Positions 7,562 to 13,474 of a stretch of 13,474 bases of DNA are shown piece after piece; positions within the stretch are counted from its first letter, which is position 1, and each line of letters starts with the position of its first letter. The stretch is from Polyangiales bacterium (lineage in GTDB: Bacteria; Myxococcota_A; Polyangia; Polyangiales; Houyiibacteriaceae). The DNA lies in assembly GCA_045106895.1 (NCBI GenBank), contig JBGCFM010000123.1, positions 1 to 13,474 on the forward strand, read 5' to 3'. Made by a program: the position numbers and the translations under genes. The notes beneath the pieces were generated by a model that did no database searches, was not told the DNA's origin, and saw nothing but the letters and a program-made list of their open reading frames with translations.

Positions 7562-8122
7562 TCACTCCGAGCTGCCCACAAGCTTCGTGACGAGCTCCAC
7601 GCTCTCGCGCAGACGCTCGCATTCGTTCGCCAGGATCGCCGCCGGCGCGTTGAATCGCCTAAGCCGAGTGATGCGTTCGACGCGCCACGCGACCTGACGA
7701 AACGGGACCTCGTCAAAGAACTCCTCGAGCTTGGCCTGATGCTCATCGTCGAGGCCTTCGGAGAACTCCTCCAAAGTCGAGGCGCGGACTGCGTCCTCCT
7801 CCATCACCATGCCGGTGATTCCCATGAGGTACTCGTCGAGATGTCGGCAGGCGACGGCGAAGTCGAAAGCGATACCGTGGGCTGCGCGCAAGTACTCTCC
7901 GGCCAGACTTAGGTGTGCTTCCAGCTCGGAGTAGCCCTCGCCGAGGTGAAAGGCGTCGACGTGTTCTTCGACATCGCCAAGCAGCTCCTCGGCGCTCTCG
8001 TTCCCAAGGTCCATCGCGTAGAGCAGCCATTTGTAGCCACGGACGGGATGCGCAAAGCTGTGCTCGTAGAGCGCGTCGAGGCGCCCTTCTCGCGCGTGGG
8101 CTGCAAGTTCGCTCTCTTCCAT
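7562..8122 (-). CDS. Acidic alpha-helical hypothetical protein, possibly with degenerate SEL1-like repeats
   Basis: Fills the gap between dppC and the SDR gene and starts 10 nt after the SDR stop. Segments GYKWLLYAMDLGNESAEELLG and AHLSLAGEYLRAAHGIAFDFAVACRHL resemble SEL1 repeats. ATG 8122 is preferred over TTG 8131. Confidence 0.7.
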   Translation of the reverse strand: MEESELAAHAREGRLDALYEHSFAHPVRGYKWLLYAMDLGNESAEELLGDVEEHVDAFHLGEGYSELEAHLSLAGEYLRAAHGIAFDFAVACRHLDEYLMGITGMVMEEDAVRASTLEEFSEGLDDEHQAKLEEFFDEVPFRQVAWRVERITRLRRFNAPAAILANECERLRESVELVTKLVGSSE

Positions 8123-8132
8123 GGCGGACAAG

Positions 8133-8939
8133 CTACACGCTTATCGCCTGGCGAACGACCCGAAGGAGATGGTCCTGGTCTGCCTGAACTTGGGCCCGCG
8201 GCGCGTGCGGCTGCACCTTTTCGTGGCGGCAGAAACGGCCGCTCATCTTCGTGAGGCTCTCGTCCGTGGTGAGCCACAGAGGCGTCCGCGCCCCTTCGTC
8301 CGGCGTCTGGGCAAAACGCATCGCCAGTCCAGTGAGCGGTTTCGTCCAGCTGGGGAAGTCGCGGAGAAGCCCGCTCTGCACGAACGCTGGGCAGAAGGTG
8401 TTCACGGTGACGCCGGTGCCTTCGAGCTCGCGGGCCATGGCATAGGTCCATAGGACTTTAGCGAGGGCTGCTTGGGAGCCCGCCTTCATCACGCTGTAGC
8501 TCCGGCGAAGCTCCAGGTCGTCCCAATGCATCGTTGCGCGACGGTGGGCGTTTCCGGAGATCATCACGATGCGGCTGGGTGCGCTCTGCTTGACGCGCGG
8601 AATCAAGAGCTCCGCCAAGAGCGCATGCCCCAGAATGTTCGTCGCCCACGTGAGCTCCACGCCGGCCTGCGATTCGCGACGACGCCAAGGCGCGACACCT
8701 GCGCATCCGATGAGCGCGTCGATGCGGGGGCAGGCCTCCAGAAGTGTCGCCGCGGCTTTTCGGACGCTCGTAAGGCTGCTCATATCGCAGTGAACCGCGT
8801 CGACCCCTTCATGCATGGATCGCAGGCGTTCAACGTCGCGGCCGAGGGCTACGACACGCCAGCCCGCAGCGAGGAGTCCACGCGCCACGCCCCAGCCGAC
8901 GCCCCCGCTCGCGCCCGTCAGCACCGCCGTCTTGCCCAT
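8133..8939 (-). CDS. Short-chain dehydrogenase/reductase (retinol-DH/WWOX-like subfamily) with atypical active site
   Basis: Rossmann TGASGGVG, CDMSSLTSVR, RIDALIGCAG, TNILGHALL, ARELEGTGVTVN.FCP.FV.S, TPDEGART. The canonical AYxQSKLAN is replaced by AGSQAALAK. Confidence 0.9.
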   Translation of the reverse strand: MGKTAVLTGASGGVGWGVARGLLAAGWRVVALGRDVERLRSMHEGVDAVHCDMSSLTSVRKAAATLLEACPRIDALIGCAGVAPWRRRESQAGVELTWATNILGHALLAELLIPRVKQSAPSRIVMISGNAHRRATMHWDDLELRRSYSVMKAGSQAALAKVLWTYAMARELEGTGVTVNTFCPAFVQSGLLRDFPSWTKPLTGLAMRFAQTPDEGARTPLWLTTDESLTKMSGRFCRHEKVQPHAPRAQVQADQDHLLRVVRQAISV

Positions 8940-9009
8940 GAGGAGAGCCTAACCGACGCAGCAAGACAGCCCCTTATGAAATGCGGCGTCGCGCTCTAGA
9001 GTGCTCGAG
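8940..9009. promoter_or_regulatory. Divergent promoter region with -10-like hexamers directly before both starts
   Basis: Minus strand: TAGGCT (8951-8946) + 6 nt + ATG 8939. Plus strand: TAGAGT (8997-9002) + 7 nt + ATG 9010. Confidence 0.5.
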
Positions 9010-10170
9010 ATGAGCCGGCCGCGTCGCATTCTCCCAACCATCGTGCTGGCCCAGCTCGCGTGCACATCTCTTTGGTTCGCCGGGAACGCCATCCTGGAGT
9101 CTCTGCAGGCGGACCTCGGCGTCGAGGGAGATGTCGGGGCCATCACATCGGCGGTTCAACTCGGGTTTATCGTCGGCGCCGCGGCCCTCACCATGAGCGG
9201 TTTCGGCGATCGTTTCCGGACCTCACGCGTGTTCTTCGTGGGCTCCCTCGTCGGCGCCGGCGCCAACGTCGCGGTCATCGCCGCGACGTCCCTCGAGAGC
9301 ATCATCGCGCTGCGATTCGTTGTAGGGCTCAGCCTCGCGGCTATCTACCCCATGGGCATGAAGGCGGCGGCGGGCTGGTACAAAGAAGGTCTCGGTGGCG
9401 CCCTCGGCTGGCTCGTCGGCGCCCTCGTTCTGGGCACGGCTCTCCCGCACTTGGCGAGCGGCTTTCTGCCGTGGCGCGAGACCCTCATCGGCGTCTCCAT
9501 TCTCGCGCTCTCCGGCGGCGTCGCGGTGCTTGCCCTCGTGCCGGAAGGACCACACACCCGCACGTCCAGTTTTCGCGCCGGCGCCATCGTGGAGCTCTTG
9601 CGTCTTCGCTCGTTCCGCAGCGCGGCGCTGGGCTACTTCGGGCATATGTGGGAGCTCTACACGTTCTGGGCGTTTGTCCCGGCGCTCCTCGTCCTCCGCA
9701 ATGGCCGCGCTCCCAGCCACGCCGAGCTCCCGGTGTCGCAGACGTCTTTCTTGGTCATCGCCGCCGGCGCCCTCGGTTGCATCGGCGGCGGCTACGCCGT
9801 GCGCCGCTTTGGAAGCCGTTGCGTCGCGATGTTCATGCTGGCGATAAGCGGCGCTTGCTGCCTCCTGCTGCCTTGGGCCATCGACTTGCCGACGCCGGCC
9901 TTCGTCGCCTTCGTGTTCGTCTGGGGCGTCGCTGTTGTCGGGGACAGCCCGCAGTTTTCCGCCATCACAGCCCGCTCGGCGCCGGCTCACTTGGTAGGAA
10001 CGGGCCTCGCGTTTGTCACCAGCGTTGGCTTCGCCCTCACCATCGCGAGCGTCTACGTTGCTCAGCTTGCGGGCGATCCCGTGACGGCCCTCAGTGCCCT
10101 CGCCGTCGGTCCCGCGGTGGCGCTCTTTGTGCTTTGGCGTGACGCTCGAGAGGGCGTTAGCGGACGTTGA
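9010..10170 (+). CDS. Major facilitator superfamily transporter
   Basis: About 12 hydrophobic segments, with LAQLACTSLWFAGNA, motif-A-like GFGDRFRTSRV, RFVVG..LAAIYPMGMK, GYFGHMWELYTFW, DSPQFSA. Substrate unknown. Confidence 0.9.
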   Translation: MSRPRRILPTIVLAQLACTSLWFAGNAILESLQADLGVEGDVGAITSAVQLGFIVGAAALTMSGFGDRFRTSRVFFVGSLVGAGANVAVIAATSLESIIALRFVVGLSLAAIYPMGMKAAAGWYKEGLGGALGWLVGALVLGTALPHLASGFLPWRETLIGVSILALSGGVAVLALVPEGPHTRTSSFRAGAIVELLRLRSFRSAALGYFGHMWELYTFWAFVPALLVLRNGRAPSHAELPVSQTSFLVIAAGALGCIGGGYAVRRFGSRCVAMFMLAISGACCLLLPWAIDLPTPAFVAFVFVWGVAVVGDSPQFSAITARSAPAHLVGTGLAFVTSVGFALTIASVYVAQLAGDPVTALSALAVGPAVALFVLWRDAREGVSGR

Positions 10171-10468
10171 CAAGGATGAGGAAGCTGACGATGGGCAAGA
10201 GGAGCGCGATGGCCCCCATAATCCCGGCGCTGACCCACGGCCCCTTCTTGCCTGCGGCCAAACGATACGCGGCGGGTATCCAGCCGAGGAGCATCGGAAA
10301 AGGCAGTCCGCAGACGATGAAGCCAACCATCGCCTCAAATGCCGGAGGCGGCGCCGTCGTGCCGCCGAGTCCTCCAAGGACTGCGATGCCCGCGACGCCG
10401 GCGTACAAGATGCCCCCGATAAGAAACCAAGAGACGCCGAGAAGAATGGCCTTTGTCTTGGGCTCCAC
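10157..10468 (-). CDS. Small integral membrane protein (about 3 TM), hypothetical
   Basis: 103 aa with three hydrophobic stretches. GTG start preceded by TAGAGT at 6 nt. Overlaps the convergent MFS stop by 14 nt. Confidence 0.7.
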   Translation of the reverse strand: MEPKTKAILLGVSWFLIGGILYAGVAGIAVLGGLGGTTAPPPAFEAMVGFIVCGLPFPMLLGWIPAAYRLAAGKKGPWVSAGIMGAIALLLPIVSFLILVNVR

Positions 10469-10470
10469 GC

Positions 10471-10618
10471 GACGACTCTAGCCTACGCGCCCGGGTAGTC
10501 GAGTTGACTATGGACGGCTCTGGAGGCGGAGCGTTAACGTGAAGCCTTGATTTGCTCCGCCTTGGGGGGGACGGAGCAGATCAGTCTTGCCGGCGGATGA
10601 CGACTGAGCGCTACGCGC
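10471..10618. repeat. Structured intergenic segment bounded by imperfect 20-bp direct repeats
   Basis: GACGACT-ctagc-CTACGCGC (10471-10490) vs GACGACT-gagcg-CTACGCGC (10599-10618). Internal inverted repeats at 10524-10562, 10548-10583 and 10581-10607. Confidence 0.45.
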
Positions 10619-13019
10619 TCTGGAACGTAAACCGAAGCTCATCCGGGTGCGCTGGACAGGCAAGCACGTAGCCCACGCCGTTGTCGCCAAACGTGTAGTC
10701 GAGGGCATGATTGGAATCGATCTGCAAGACGAGGAGGCTCATCGCCTCATCGCACTTGGAACACTTGGAGTAGTCCGCTTCTTGAATCCAATGGGGCCAG
10801 CCGCCGGTCTTGTCGCCGGCCTTGTTGATGCCCTGAAGCAGCTGCTGCTCATGAGGTTGAAGGGCGTCGTGTTCGGCGAGCCCGTGCTCGCGCAACGGGT
10901 AGTCTTTGGTGGCGCGTTTGAAATCGTGGATGAGCGTTTCGGCGAAGACCTCGACGTCCGCCGGGGCTTCACTTGCGCAGAGCGCGTCCGCGTTGACCCA
11001 GCGGAGCAAAACGTCGGGTTGGTGCGGCGACACATCCGGCGCGAGGAAGACCTGAAGCACGCGTGTGCCGAAGCGCTTGTGTGCCGACTTGGGCAGGTTG
11101 GCGAAGTCGAGCTGAGCGAAAAAGCGAAGGTGTCCGCTCCGGCCTTTGGGCCAAGCTTCGCCTTCGAGGAGCCCCGGGAGTCCGCCGAAGCGGGAAGCCG
11201 CGGGTCCGCCTTCGGAGCCTGGCTCAAACCCGTAGGTGCTCCGCGCGCAGGACTTGAGCTTCGCTTTGATGTCCTTCGCTCTTGTCGCGCCGTCTGTGTC
11301 GGAACTCCCTGCGGCGCTGAGAAGCGCGCGTGACACGTCATCTTGCGCGTTGCTCAGCGGCGTCGCGCCGTCCCCGGCCACAGCGCCGGCGTTGGCGCCG
11401 AGGTCTAAGAGCGCGCGAATCGTATCGTGGTGGGAACGGTCCACCGCGTAGTGAAGCGGCGTATGACCGTCGCCGCCGCGCTGGTCGACGCTCAGGCCGA
11501 GGGTGACGAGGAAGCGGACCATGTCCGTGCGGCCGCCGCGAGCAGCCCAGTGAATCAGGAACTCGCCGTGCATCGTCTTCATCGGGTCTGCGCCCTTGGA
11601 GACGAAGTAGCGTGCGTCGTCGACGCGTCCCGCGGAGACCGCTCCGTACATGCCGCTGTCGTAACCCCACTGGCTCAGTCCGGCGTCGCTGATCTCCCGC
11701 GCCACTTCGTAGTGCCCCGATTGACGTGCTTCGCCCATGGCGTGATCTCGGTCCTCGACGCGACTCGACGAAAGCAGCTCCCGAACGCGTTCGGCGAGGC
11801 CGCGCTTGGCCGCCTCTCGCAACGTGAGCTCCGCCGCATCGAGTTCGGCGGCGCCGAACTCCTGGAGCAAGGAGACCATGGCGGGCGCAAGCTCCCGGGC
11901 GACCTCGAGGAGGGTGCGGCCGCTCTTGAGCTTGAGGTTCGCGTCTGCGCCATTCTCGAGCAGAAGACGCACCATGTCTGCATGGCCTTCGCGCATCGCG
12001 TTCAGAACCGGTGACTGACCATCCGCCGTGGACACGCTGGACTTCAGGTTCGTCGGAAACTTCGAAATAACGTCGGCATCCGCGCCTGCTTTGAGGAGCG
12101 CCATCGCGAGGGGAAGGTTGTTGTGAAAGCTCGCCGTCGCGAGAGGCAAATCGCCAAAGGCGGAGGGCAGGTCCAGCTGCGCGCCTGCCGTGACGAGAGC
12201 TGGGATCATCTCCGCGTGCCCGCCGTTGCTCGCGTTGCCGAGGGCTGCCTGCAGGTCGAGGGACTCGAAGGTGCTGCGCTCAAGGATCCAGTGGAGAATC
12301 TCGGGCTTTCCCTGAAACGACGCAGCCTGGAGGAGCGAGCCGGCGAAGCGTTCTGCCTCGGCGTCTTCGAAGTAGCGCTTCAGGCGCGGAAGGTCGCCTT
12401 CGCCGACGAGTCCGCGGATCACGCGACCGGTGAGTTTCGGAAGAGGGCCCGCGTCAGCCGCAGACTTCGCACCAAACTGCGCCGCGTACTCGTTGAACTT
12501 GGCCTCGTAGGTGTCCGTATCTCCGGCCGCGATGCGCGCCTGGCAGTCCGCGACGAGGGCCATCGCCGCGTCCTCTTCGCCAGCAGCGATCAACACCTTG
12601 GCGGACGACATGGCGTAGTAGGGCTTGGCGCACTGGTCTTTGGCGGCGCCGATGACCTCCGTGAGGGCGGCACGAATCGCACTGTAGTGTGCCTCGAGTC
12701 CCTTCGCCTCAAAGGACACCTCCCAGAGCGTGGTGTCGTAGTACTGCCCGTAGCCACGGAGCGTTCCGCCGAGGACCTCCAAGGTGTGGGATTGTTTGTA
12801 CCCCGGGGGTGGTCCGTTCTCCACGCGGCTGGTGATCTTGACGTCCTCCGCCGCAAGAGCGCGATGGAAACACGTGTTGCCGCCGTTCTGGTCCGGGAGC
12901 TTCTCGAACTCAACACCCTCAAACTCGAGGGGCCGCCCAAGGAGCGTCGAGGCGGCCTTTTTCAGGGCGCCGACGATGTCGTTCATCGGGATTTCCGGCG
13001 TGTAGCTAAAGCGGAGCAT
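10611..13019 (-). CDS. Ankyrin-repeat protein with C-terminal DUF1963/YwqG-like domain and unknown N-terminal domain
   Basis: About 10 ankyrin repeats (GQSPVLNAMREGHADMVRLLLENGADAN, GHTPLHYAVDRSHHDTIRALLDLGAN, etc.). C-terminus SRFGGLP...WP....LRFFAQLDFANLP...KTGGWPHWIQ...C..C...LQIDS......FGDNGVGY...F.FQ is typical of DUF1963. Confidence 0.85.
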   Translation of the reverse strand: MLRFSYTPEIPMNDIVGALKKAASTLLGRPLEFEGVEFEKLPDQNGGNTCFHRALAAEDVKITSRVENGPPPGYKQSHTLEVLGGTLRGYGQYYDTTLWEVSFEAKGLEAHYSAIRAALTEVIGAAKDQCAKPYYAMSSAKVLIAAGEEDAAMALVADCQARIAAGDTDTYEAKFNEYAAQFGAKSAADAGPLPKLTGRVIRGLVGEGDLPRLKRYFEDAEAERFAGSLLQAASFQGKPEILHWILERSTFESLDLQAALGNASNGGHAEMIPALVTAGAQLDLPSAFGDLPLATASFHNNLPLAMALLKAGADADVISKFPTNLKSSVSTADGQSPVLNAMREGHADMVRLLLENGADANLKLKSGRTLLEVARELAPAMVSLLQEFGAAELDAAELTLREAAKRGLAERVRELLSSSRVEDRDHAMGEARQSGHYEVAREISDAGLSQWGYDSGMYGAVSAGRVDDARYFVSKGADPMKTMHGEFLIHWAARGGRTDMVRFLVTLGLSVDQRGGDGHTPLHYAVDRSHHDTIRALLDLGANAGAVAGDGATPLSNAQDDVSRALLSAAGSSDTDGATRAKDIKAKLKSCARSTYGFEPGSEGGPAASRFGGLPGLLEGEAWPKGRSGHLRFFAQLDFANLPKSAHKRFGTRVLQVFLAPDVSPHQPDVLLRWVNADALCASEAPADVEVFAETLIHDFKRATKDYPLREHGLAEHDALQPHEQQLLQGINKAGDKTGGWPHWIQEADYSKCSKCDEAMSLLVLQIDSNHALDYTFGDNGVGYVLACPAHPDELRFTFQSA

Positions 13020-13090
13020 GAACCGACGGTATCGCCGAGGCGTGCGAGAAGGAAGCTTGCGTCCACACTTCGCCCCTTCATCCTCAGCCC
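13020..13090. promoter_or_regulatory. Divergent promoter region with -10-like hexamers directly before both starts
   Basis: Minus strand: TACCGT (13031-13026) + 6 nt + ATG 13019. Plus strand: TTGCGT (13057-13062), CATCCT (13079-13084) + 6 nt + ATG 13091. Confidence 0.4.
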
Positions 13091-13474
13091 ATGAGTCCTA
13101 CGAAGGTCGATTCGACGAAGACCCGCTCCGCGCGCACCGTTCTCGCTCAGCTTGGACACTACCTGGACCAACACGAGGGCGCGCTGGTTCCGCCGATTCA
13201 TAGTTCGACGACCTTCGCGCGCGGCAAAGACTACGGGCCCATCGGCGAACACATCTACAGCCGGGCGTCCAATCCTGGGGACACCCTTGCTGGGGGCATT
13301 TTGTCCCAGCTCGAGGGCGGCGCGGACGCGCTGATGTTTGGCTCCGGCATGGCCGCCATCACCACGCTCTTCGAGACCGTCGACGCCGGTCGGCACATCG
13401 TCGCGCCGACGGTGATGTACCACGGCGCACAAGACTGGCTGCGTCGCATCGCGAAGCGACGCGGCATCGGCCTG
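13091..13474 (+). CDS. PLP-dependent trans-sulfuration enzyme (cystathionine gamma-synthase/lyase family), 3' truncated
   Basis: Translated by hand (absent from the ORF track): MSPTKVD...GALVPPIHSSTTFAR...IYSRASNP...LEGGADALMFGSGMAAI...MYHG, which are Cys/Met metabolism PLP family motifs. The frame runs off the window. Confidence 0.92.
   Translation, partial: MSPTKVDSTKTRSARTVLAQLGHYLDQHEGALVPPIHSSTTFARGKDYGPIGEHIYSRASNPGDTLAGGILSQLEGGADALMFGSGMAAITTLFETVDAGRHIVAPTVMYHGAQDWLRRIAKRRGIGL

Noticed and set aside
9060..10377. Arg-rich ORFs 9060-10142 (+) and 9223-10377 (-)
   Set aside because: Alternate-frame and antisense shadows of the MFS gene
10501..10583. Possible attC site, CRISPR repeat or intrinsic terminator
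   Set aside because: No RYYYAAC...GTTRRRY bracketing, no repeated spacer array or cas/intI genes, and no U-tract after the stems
10647..13432. ORFs 10647-11333, 11427-12014, 12123-13094 (+) and 12983-13432 (-)
   Set aside because: Antisense to the ankyrin gene or to the trans-sulfuration gene that starts at 13091

Overview
GC-rich bacterial window. Its gene content (FHA-GGDEF cyclase, TPR-Slt, Cys-rich lipoproteins with D/A-rich linkers) suggests Myxococcota, which is an inference. It opens with the 3' end of an IS3-family transposase beside a short hexamer repeat. Next come an envelope/peptidoglycan-related group (lipoprotein L,D-transpeptidase-like gene, HExxH peptidase-like gene, FHA-GGDEF diguanylate cyclase, TPR-soluble lytic transglycosylase, small Cys-rich lipoprotein, dppBC-like permease pair). 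Then follow an acidic helical hypothetical protein, an SDR with a degenerate active site, an MFS transporter, a small membrane protein and an 802-aa ankyrin + DUF1963/YwqG-like protein. The window ends with the 5' part of a PLP-dependent trans-sulfuration enzyme that the ORF track misses. The most notable non-annotated signals are -10-like hexamers 6-8 nt upstream of most first-in-unit start codons (leaderless transcription) and a structured segment at 10471-10618 bounded by imperfect 20-bp direct repeats. No rRNA, tRNA or CRISPR array was seen, and no clear-cut novel multi-gene system can be proven from sequence alone.
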